Part shown: positions 1 to 6,865 of the stretch, one piece after another
Layout of the letters: every line of letters begins with the position of its first letter
Position numbering within the stretch: the first letter of the stretch is position 1
Source: Octopus sinensis
Lineage: Eukaryota
Assembly (NCBI RefSeq): GCF_006345805.1
Contig: NW_021828213.1
Span: 1-8,998 of the forward strand
DNA length: 8,998 nt
Reading direction: 5' to 3'
Notes under the pieces: generated by a model
Told to the model about the DNA's origin: nothing
The model's database searches: none
The model's input: the letters and a program-made list of their open reading frames with translations, nothing else
Program-made: the position numbers and the translations under genes

Positions 1-292
1 CAAAGCCTTTGAGTGGATTTGGTAGACGGAAACTGAAAGAAGCCCGTCGTATATATGTATATATATGTGTGTGTGTGTGTGTTTGTGTGTCTGTGTTTGT
101 CTCCCTAGCATTGCTTGACAACCGATGCTGGTGTGTTTATGTCCCCGTCACTAGCGGTTCGGCAAAAGAGACCGATAGAATAAGTACAGGGCTTACAAAA
201 GAATAAGTCCTGGGGTCGAGTTGCTCGATTAAAGGCGGTGCTCCAGCATGGCAGCAGTCAAGTGACTGAAACAAGTAAAAGAGTAAAAGAGT
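1..292 (+). mobile_element. tRNA-derived SINE family B, 3' two-thirds (head lies left of the window); internal (TA)/(TG) microsatellite; tail of GTAAAAGA repeats
   Basis: Nearly colinear with the reverse complement of the full-length copy at 7728-8145 (GAGTGGATTTGGT.GACGGAAACTGAAAGAAGCCCGTCGTATAT ... GGCGGTGCTCCAGCATGG ... CTGAAACAAGTAAAAGAGTAAAA). Resembles the octopus OK/OR-type SINE group from recall. Confidence 0.9.
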
Positions 293-414
293 GTGTTTCA
301 GAAAATTTGATATCATTTGAGATGTAAATATCACAGAAGATCCATAGTCAAAGCAAATGAATGTTGAGCAACTTAAGATTTATTCCTACAAAATTTGAAT
401 GAGAAATTCAAAAG

Positions 415-1114
415 TATGTGGATTCCATGAACGATTTCACAAAAACGGGCCATGAAGATGCTTCTTGGAAATGGCGCTGAACACGTTCACTTTTGGAGAG
501 TCTCTCTCAAGCTCAACTGTTGCATGGGAATTTTCTTCGCCCCAAATGCAAACATTATGCTTATTGACTTTGCCATTCGTGTGAAATGTGGCCTCATCAC
601 TGAAAACAAGATATTCCTTGAACTCGGCTTCTTCAAGATTCTCTTTCATATCAACACAGAATCGTTTGCGCTTTCGCCTGTCGTCTGCTATTATGGCCTG
701 AACGAGCTGCAGCTTGTAGTGTTTCCTCAGGACGCGCCAAACTGTCGTTGGAGGAATCTGGGTTTCGAGACTTCTTCTTCTTATGGACTTCTTGGGGCTT
801 AGCAAGAGCTTTACCGAACCCGCTTGACCGTCTCTTCCGGTGTTAGTGGTCGTCCAGCTCCTTTTGACCTGCACAGACATCCTTCTTCTTTGAATTTTTT
901 GTGCCATTTCTATTCGAAGGTAGAACATTGCTATTGAGAGAAACGGTGACTATGTTGAGAAGTAGAGATGTGATCCACAGAGGACCAGCTTCATTTTGAT
1001 GTTGGTAACTTTTTAGAGCACTCTCTCACAAATGCATGCTGCACAGTCTTGCTCGACTGTTTTCGGAGCATACTCCAACACACAAAACGCCTTTTCCCTT
1101 CCAGTGAATGCCAT
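415..1114 (-). pseudogene. Disrupted Tc1/mariner transposase (DUF4817-like HTH N-terminus, first catalytic Asp only)
   Basis: ATG at 1114: MAFTGREKAFCVLEYA / frameshift / RKQSSKTVQHAFVRE..KKLPTS / insertion / WHKKFKEEGCLCRSKGAGRP..EETVKRVR / frameshift / SPKKSIRRRSLETQIPPTTVWRVLRK..LVFSDEATFHTNGKVNKHNVCIWGEENSH..RDSPKVNVFSAISKKHLHGPF. At ~441 it jumps directly to a C-terminal-like CEIVHGIHI, so the second and third catalytic residues are deleted. Confidence 0.9.
911..1000 (+). mobile_element. Fragment of the 3' end of a second, different mariner (DD34D-like C-terminus) in opposite orientation
   Basis: Plus-strand 915-965 reads RR*NIAIERNGDYVEK*, matching the RW.....GDYVEK-stop ending typical of mariner transposases. 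It interrupts the minus-strand transposase between PTS and WHKK. Confidence 0.65.
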
Positions 1115-1297
1115 TTCTACACATGAAAAGATAAACATATCAAACATTGAACAAAAGAATTTTACCTGTTTCTACGCACGCTGTTAAATTTTGAAGTTAT
1201 TTGAACAAGAACTGGCAAACTTATTGAACAGCGAAATGATATCAAAATTTTTGAAACGCCCTGTATAATCTCCATCTTCTTTATGATGGCTTCCTTA

Positions 1298-1304
1298 GAC
1301 ACAG

Positions 1305-1344
<40 letters not shown>

Positions 1345-1386
1345 GCGCGCGCGTATGTGTGTGTGTGTGTGAGAGAGAGAGAGAGT
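1298..1386. repeat. Compound microsatellite (CA)n-(CG)n-(TG)n-(GA)n
   Basis: Read directly: CA run ~1312-1343, GCGCGCGCG 1345-1353, TG run 1356-1370, GA run 1371-1385. Confidence 0.95.
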
Positions 1387-1447
1387 GCGGCATTTCTCCC
1401 GGTTTTACGTCTAAGTACAAATTCCACCGAGGTCCCCATTTCCTTTA
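1387..1447 (+). mobile_element. Degenerate fragment of SINE family A (B-box region)
   Basis: GCGGCATTTC..TTACGTCTAAGTACAAATTCCACCGAGGTC..TTTCCTTT aligns to the family-A stretch GCGGTATTTC..TACGTTCTGAGTTCAAATTCCGCCGAGGTCGACTTTGCCTTT. Confidence 0.55.
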
Positions 1448-1931
1448 ATCGCTATCAGTGTGGACAAAATAATGTAACAGTTATTTTGTAGAATCAATAC
1501 AATTTGAGCTGCTTCTATCGCAAATTTTGAATTTTGTTCTACTTGTGCGGCACATTTTCACATCAGCAATAGATTTTTACGCTATTCATTTATACTTCAA
1601 GCGGACAATTTGTAATTCGGTTCAAAAGTGGGCGACTACACGACACCGAAGAGCGTCAAAAACTGCGAAATATTCGTATCCGTTGCTTTCGTTCATTTCT
1701 GGGGCGATTTCGTTTCGCCCCTCTTGAAATATACTGCTTTTTGCGGGGAAGGTGGGGGTCTGATATTATACACCTTTAAAAAGGGCCCATTCCCTTTGCT
1801 GAAATACTGCAGCTACAAACGTTTAACAGACACGTACAGAGTATTCGATATTGGTAATATCTTCCCATGTATCGATCTACATCTATATGTATGTGTGTCT
1901 GCGTGTGTGTGTACGCATATACGTATTTATA

Positions 1932-2329
1932 TCTTTATATATAAAAGAGAAGTTGTGTGCTGTCTGTCTCCTACGATTTAGATTCTTAACTACTCCCACA
2001 TTTTGCGGTGCAGTTTAACCAAAACCGGGTATCTTATAGTCGTGATTCATATCGAGCCCTTCTGGGTATTAGCGCGCGTCTACGATGAGTCTACGATTAA
2101 AAAAAAAAATTACCATCAATTTTTCCCATTTTTAATGCATTTTTGGCATATATAAGGGAATTAACTCTCTCAAAATTTATTATTAAATCTCAGAACGTAA
2201 AAAGCTACAGTAACACCCCCTCCCTTTGTGGTTAGCCATATTGAGATGGCTATTATACATTACATCTCTAAAAATGCTTATATAGTTATTTGCCTTACAA
2301 ACCCGAGCAACGCCGGGCGATACTGCTAG
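1932..2329 (+). mobile_element. Non-autonomous Helitron (~398 bp)
   Basis: 5' A|TCTTTATATATAAAAG (TC start at 1932). 3' hairpin CCCG(A)GC-AAC-GCCGGG at 2302-2317, then 8 nt, then CTAG|T at 2326-2330. Inserted between A and T with no TSD, the established Helitron signature. Confidence 0.8.
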
Positions 2330-2395
2330 TTTATATATATATATTTATTTGTGTTTGTGTGTGTATGTGTGTGTGTGTGTATTAATATATAGATA
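2330..2395. repeat. (TA)n/(TG)n microsatellite
   Basis: Read directly. Confidence 0.85.
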
Positions 2396-2628
2396 CATCG
2401 ACATATGAGCCTTCGCACACCGCATATATATAATTATATAATTAGGTAGCCAAAAGAAAAGACTTATTTAAGGTGACATTCAGATGTTAATGCATAACAT
2501 AAAATCTTAACAATTCTGTTCCTTTTTTTATGGTTATGGAATCGGAGAGACTGTATTCATTTATAAATCCCTGAACAATGCATATTTTCTCTCAGTTTAT
2601 GCAGCATATCCACTTATATAATCGGCTG

Positions 2629-2712
2629 TTAACTAACTAACTAGCTAACTAATTAATTAACTAACTAACTTACAAACATCAGTTGATTAATCAATTAACT
2701 AATTAATTAATA
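2629..2712. repeat. Imperfect (TAAC)n/(TAAT)n tetranucleotide tract
   Basis: TTAACTAACTAACTAGCTAACTAATTAATTAACTAACTAAC...TTAACTAATTAATTAAT. Confidence 0.8.
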
Positions 2713-3027
2713 ATGCAATGTATCCATCCACACGATATTCACAAATTCGGAAACAAGTAAATATTCACGGGAGATAACTCATAAAATATTTTTATAGAGT
2801 AACTTCCCTTGAAAATTTTTGTAAATCTCGTATAATACTTTATTGTTAGCTGTAAGTACAATACGTTGAAAGCCATATTGGTATGGCCGAGTAATTTTAA
2901 TTATGCTGCATTCCTTGACGTAAGGTGTTCGATTCGTGCTACGGTTGCTTTTGCTTTTCACTCTTTCGGTGTCGCTACAATTGACGATGCTATTGATCAT
3001 TCATTTATGATATGTGCCGCCTTGTCT

Positions 3028-3132
3028 CTGGTGGATCGGGGAGAGCGTTCGACAAATCCTTTCACACGATTTCTTTTCGCTCTTTATGTCCACAGTTCAA
3101 ATCCCGCCACGAAAAACTTCATTCTTCACTCT
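3028..3132 (+). mobile_element. Highly degenerate SINE family A head
   Basis: A-box-like CTGGTGGATCG, then AGAGCGTTCGACAAAT, and B-box-like AGTTCAAATCCCGCC at family-A spacing. Confidence 0.45.
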
Positions 3133-3189
3133 GTTTAGTATAGACAGTCGATAACATTCATTCTAATGCCGATCTACTGCAACCCTTCT

Positions 3190-3973
3190 TATTTCTTTAC
3201 TGCCCACAAGGGGCCACACACAGAGGGGACAAACAAGGACAGACAAACGGATTAAGTCGATTATATCGACCCCAATGCGTAACTGGTACTTAATTTATCG
3301 ACCCCGAAAGGATGAAAGGCAAAGTCGACCTCGGCGGAATTTGAACTCAGAACGTAGCGGCAGACGAAATACCTATTTCTTTACTACCCATTAGGGGCTA
3401 AACACAGACAGGACACACAAGGACAGACAAACGGATTAAGTCGATTATATCGACCCCAGTGCGTAACTGGTACTTAATTTATCGACCCCGAAAGGATGAA
3501 AGGTAAAGTCGACCTCGGCGGAATTTGAACTCAGAACATAGCGGCAGACGAAATACCTATTTCTTTACTACCCATTAGGGGCTAAACGCAGAGGGGACAC
3601 ACAAGGACAGACAAACGGATTAAGTCGATTAGATCGACCCCAATACGTAACTGGCACTTAATGTATCGACTCCGAAAGGATGAAAGGCAAAGTCGACCTC
3701 GGCAGAATTTGAACTCAGAACGTAGCGGCAGACGAAATACCTATTTCTTTACTACCCATTAGGGGCTAAACACAGAGAGGACAAACAAGGACAGACAAAT
3801 GGATTAAGTCAATTACATCGACCCAGTGCGTAACTGGTACTTATTTAATCGACCCCGAAAGGATGAAAAGCAAAGTCGACCTCGGCGGAATTTGAACTCA
3901 GAACGTAGCGGCAGACGAAATACGGCTACACATTTCGCCCGGCGTTCTAACCACTCTGCCAGCTCTCCGTCTT
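3190..3973 (-). repeat. Tandem tetramer of SINE family A (184-bp period): one full-headed copy followed by three 5'-truncated copies
   Basis: TATTTCTTTACT recurs at 3190, 3374, 3558 and 3742. Only the rightmost unit continues into the tRNA-like head (3924-3973). Minus-strand junction is ...GTAAAGAAATA|GGTATTTCGTCTGCC. Confidence 0.95.
3951..3961 (-). promoter_or_regulatory. Pol III A-box of the SINE tetramer (B-box GAGTTCAAATTCC at ~3888-3900)
   Basis: Minus strand TGGCAGAGTGG fits the TRGCNNARYGG consensus. A B-box is present in all four units but an A-box only here. Confidence 0.8.
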
Positions 3974-4012
3974 TATACTGTAACCCATTTTACGAAACGT
4001 GAAGTTGTGTCT

Positions 4013-4221
4013 TTCACAGAATCGGTAGAACGTCGGGAGAAACTTTTGACTAATTCATTCCAGCCCTGTACTTCCAGAGTTCAAATCTCGTTAAGGGTAA
4101 CTTTGCTTTTCGTCCTTCTGGGGTTCATATAATACAGTGCCAGTCGTGTCGCAGAGTCCTTATAGTCGGCTGTACTCCTTCTCTGAATTGGGGCCTGATG
4201 CTTATGTTAGAAACAATAATT
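4013..4221 (+). mobile_element. SINE family A copy A (old, degenerate)
   Basis: CAGAATCGGTAGAACGTCGGG head, GAGTTCAAAT at 4077-4086, AACTTTGCTTTTCGTCCTTCTGGGGT core, GGCCTGATGCTTATGTTAGAAACAATAAT tail. Confidence 0.7.
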
Positions 4222-4227
4222 TGGATT

Positions 4228-4455
4228 TGTTGGGTGAGTCGAATGTCAGCAGTTTTATTTCTGTTATGTCATTGTATAACAAATCCCGTTGCCTTTTATA
4301 TTCTACGTTCAAATTTCGCCATAGTCAACTTAGCCATTCATTCTAAAGAGATCGATAAAATAATGCACAAGTGTCTAGTGCTAATGTGGATATACTCGAC
4401 AAACTTCCTCTCATCAAAATTTTTGACCTACGCCAAAATTAGAAAGAATTATTAT
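4228..4455 (+). mobile_element. SINE family A copy B (very degenerate)
   Basis: GTTCAAATTTCGCCATAGTCAACTTAGCCATTCATTC..ATCGATAAAATAA core and AAAATTAGAAAGAATTATTAT tail. Confidence 0.6.
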
Positions 4456-4456
4456 G

Positions 4457-4671
4457 AAAGTGGCCAAATGGCAGAATCGTTGGCACAGCGGGCGAAGTGC
4501 TTAGTGGTGTTTCTCCCATCACTACGTTCTGAGTTCAAATTCCGCTGAGGTCGACTTTGCCTTTCATCCTTTCGGAGTCAACAAATTAAGTACCAGTGAG
4601 ACACTGGGGTCGATGTAATCGACTAGTCCCCTCCCCCACAAATTTCAGGCCTTGTACCTTTAGTAAAAAGG

Positions 4672-4726
<55 letters not shown>
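4457..4726 (+). mobile_element. SINE family A copy C, full length, with a pure (ATT)18 tail
   Basis: A-box TGGCAGAATCG 4469-4479, B-box GAGTTCAAATTCC 4531-4543, core GAGGTCGACTTTGCCTTTCATCCTTTCGG..AAATTAAGTACCAGT..CTGGGGTCGATGTAATCGACT, 3' end TTTCAGGCCTTGT..AAAGG. Confidence 0.92.
4672..4726. repeat. (ATT)18 microsatellite (tail of SINE copy C)
   Basis: Counted directly, 4672-4725. Confidence 0.95.
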
Positions 4727-4881
4727 GCGTGCTTATTCCGCCGTGGTCAGGTTTGCTTTTCATCCTTCCTTGGTCGCTTAAATAAGTACCAGATACGCAC
4801 TAGGGTCGATGTGATCGACTTGATCCCTTCCCCCAAATTTGAGGCCTCGTGCTTCCAGCAGAATGGCTTGTTATTATTACT
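4724..4881 (+). mobile_element. SINE family A copy D (5'-truncated, internally deleted)
   Basis: Starts TTAGCGTGC, jumps to TTCCGCCGTGGTC..CTTTTCATCCTTCC..AAATAAGTACCAG..AGGGTCGATGTGATCGACT..GAGGCCTCGTGC, ends TTGTTATTATTAC. Confidence 0.8.
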
Positions 4882-4882
4882 G

Positions 4883-5110
4883 AAGGCGGCGAGCTGGCAA
4901 AATCGTTCGCATGCTGGACGAAATGCTTAGCGGTATTTCACCCGTTGTCGCTACGTTTTGAGTTCAAATTCCGCCGAGGTTGACTCTGCCTTTTATTCTT
5001 TCAGGGTCGATAAATTAAGTACCAATGAAACACTGGGGTCGATGTAATCGACTTACTCCCTCCCCAAATAGCTGACCCTGAGCCAAAATTTGAATGCATC
5101 ATTATTATTA
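4883..5110 (+). mobile_element. SINE family A copy E, full length
   Basis: AAGGCGGCGAGCTGGCAAAATCG (A-box 4895-4905), B-box 4960-4972, intact core, ATTATTATTA tail. Confidence 0.92.
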
Positions 5111-5340
5111 GCATGCCGGGCGAAATGCTTTTCAACAATTCTTCCGGGTTTTTATAGTCTGAGTTCAAATTCCGCCAAGATTAACTATGCCTTTCATCAG
5201 TTCAGGGTTAACGAAGTAAGTACCAGCTGAACACTAGGGTTCATGTAACCGACTGGCCGTGGCCCCTAAAATATTTCAGGCCTTGTGACTATACAAGAAA
5301 GAATTATTAGTTATTATAGTTGTTGTTATTGCTGTTGCTA
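5108..5340 (+). mobile_element. SINE family A copy F (5'-truncated just after the A-box)
   Basis: Begins TTAGCATGCCGGGCGAAATGC, B-box GAGTTCAAATTCC, ends TTTCAGGCCTTGTGACTATACAAGAAAG plus a decayed ATT/GTT tail. Confidence 0.85.
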
Positions 5341-5567
5341 TGGCGGTGAGCTGGTAGAATCGTCAGCGTATCGGACAAAATACTAAGCGGTATTTCTTCG
5401 TTTCTTCACATTCTGAGTTCAAATCCCACCGGGATCAGCTTTGATCTTCATTTTTTGGGGGGTCAGTAAAATAAAGTACCAGTTAATCAGTGGGCTTGAC
5501 CAAATCAACAAATGCCTCCTAACAAAATTTCGGACCCAGTGACGATGGCGGAAAGATTATTATCATT
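5341..5567 (+). mobile_element. SINE family A copy G, full length, diverged
   Basis: GGCGGTGAGCTGGTAGAATCG head, GAGTTCAAATCCC B-box, AAAATAAAGTACCAGTT, GAAAGATTATTATCATT tail. Confidence 0.85.
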
Positions 5568-5797
5568 AAGACGGTGAACTGGCAGGATCGATAGCACGCT
5601 GGTCGAAATGATTAGCAGTATTTCGCCGTCTCTACGTTCTGAATTCAAACTCGGCCGAGGTCGACTTTACCTTTCATCCATTCGGCGTCGATAAAATAAG
5701 TACCAGTTACGCATTGGGGTCGATTTAATCGACTTATCCCTCCCCGCAAAATTTTAGGCCTTGTGCCTATAGTAGAAAGGATAATAATAATAATAAT
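5568..5797 (+). mobile_element. SINE family A copy H, full length, ending in (ATA)n
   Basis: AAGACGGTGAACTGGCAGGATCG head, GAATTCAAACTC B-box, well-preserved core, AGGCCTTGTGCCTATAGTAGAAAGG then ATAATAATAATAATAAT. Confidence 0.9.
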
Positions 5798-6243
5798 ATA
5801 CCACAGATTTGCTTGTCAGTTGTTTGACCTTAAGCAGTTGAGCATGTCCCTTAGTGGCTGACAATATGTGCATCTCTGATCACGAGCAGAAGTAGTGTGG
5901 GAGCATCATAGCTATCTGTTGAGAGGGATTCTTTGAGGTTTGGATAATTCACCTTCGGAAACATAGGTGTTTCGTTCAACATCCTTAAACAACCCTTATT
6001 CAGGGACCTTTTGAGCGGGATGGGCTACTCGACCTGAAGAAAATTCTAACTGTGCCCTGCAAGGTCATGCGCTGTTTATCTTGATATGAGATCACCATAT
6101 CGCGCACATATGGTTGTGATGCACGTGCCTGGTGTACCCTTATCAGACGGGTAGTCACGATGGGTATACTAGGCTTCGTATATTTTACCCCAGTATCAAT
6201 TTGATGGCAAGGACTGCTCTCTCACTCAATAATAATAACAATT
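5798..6243 (+). mobile_element. ~430-bp non-coding interspersed element bounded by (AAT)n on both sides; probably the 3' part of a non-LTR (possibly R4/Dong-related) retroelement
   Basis: Sharp compositional break inside the SINE chain. Left flank AATAATAATAAT, right end CTCTCTCACTC+AATAATAATAAC. No ORF and no A/B boxes. I recall it as a high-copy octopus repeat but cannot verify this; the class assignment is inference. Confidence 0.5.
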
Positions 6244-6249
6244 AAACGT

Positions 6250-6425
6250 CCTTAGTGGTATTACTTCCGGGTCTTTACATTCTGGGTTCAAATGCTGGCG
6301 ATGTCGACAATAGTTTTCATCTTTTCTGTGCCGATATAATACAGTATCAGTCTAGTACTGGGGTCGATGGCATCGACTATACCCCTCCCCTAAAAATTTC
6401 AGGCTCTGTCCTCAAATTAGTTATT
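6250..6425 (+). mobile_element. SINE family A copy I (5'-truncated, degenerate)
   Basis: CTTAGTGGTATT..TACATTCTGGGTTCAAATGC..GTCGACAATAGTTTTCATCTTTTC..CTGGGGTCGATGGCATCGACTATACCCCTCCCCTAAAAATTTCAGGC. Confidence 0.8.
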
Positions 6426-6519
6426 TCTTCTGCGCCCAAAATCTCACTGATGTCAAATTAGCCATTTATTCTCCAATGACTGGAGTCGACGGACAAAGCC
6501 CCTCCTCTCAAAACAGCTG

Positions 6520-6541
6520 CACACACACATACAACACACAC

Positions 6542-6586
<45 letters not shown>

Positions 6587-6685
6587 TAAACGACACACAC
6601 ACATACATTGTATATTAATTATCCGCAGAATTGCCTCCATACGTATATGTTTGTTTGCATGTATATACATACATACATACATACA

Positions 6686-6721
<36 letters not shown>

Positions 6722-6727
6722 TATATA
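6520..6727. repeat. (CA)n tract (~6520-6607) and (TACA)n/(TA)n tract (~6660-6727)
   Basis: Read directly. Confidence 0.95.
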
Positions 6728-6827
6728 CCGGAGTAAGCACAAAAATGCAAAACAAGGTGCAAAAAATAGTACTCGAATACCAGAGGTAGAGTAATATGCT
6801 TTAATAAAAAGCAGCATAAATATCACA

Positions 6828-6860
6828 AAAACTGTTACTCAGAGTTTCACGTTCCCGTTC
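6828..6860 (-). ncRNA. 3' half of a second hammerhead motif (lacks the 5' stem I strand and CUGAN)
   Basis: Minus strand GA-ACG-GGAA-CGT-GAAA-CTCTGAGT-A-ACAGTTTT, with a perfect 3-bp stem II closed by a GNRA loop. Confidence 0.6.
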
Positions 6861-6865
6861 TAACC

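Larger units (their letters stand above)
289..1263 (-). mobile_element. Tc1/mariner-superfamily DNA transposon, non-autonomous internally deleted copy
   Basis: Right TIR 1234-1263 (reverse complement CAGGGCGTTTCAAAAATTTTGATATCATTT) followed by TA at 1264-1265. Left TIR 289-318 matches 25/30 (22/24 from 295). A transposase remnant lies between them on the minus strand. Confidence 0.9.

Noticed and set aside
437-928. ORF-track 163-aa ORF as a functional transposase
   Set aside because: Its first ~40 residues are out of frame or derived from the insertion. The true start is at 1114 with frameshifts and stops, and two of three catalytic residues are deleted.
3190-3923. CRISPR-like or coding tandem repeat
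   Set aside because: The units are contiguous 184-bp near-identical SINE bodies with no unique spacers and no ORF; the context is eukaryotic.
4137-4548. ORFs 4137-4346, 4198-4548, 6255-6461 and 7917-8355 as genes
   Set aside because: They lie within SINE or LINE-relic sequence and show no recognisable protein motifs in those frames.
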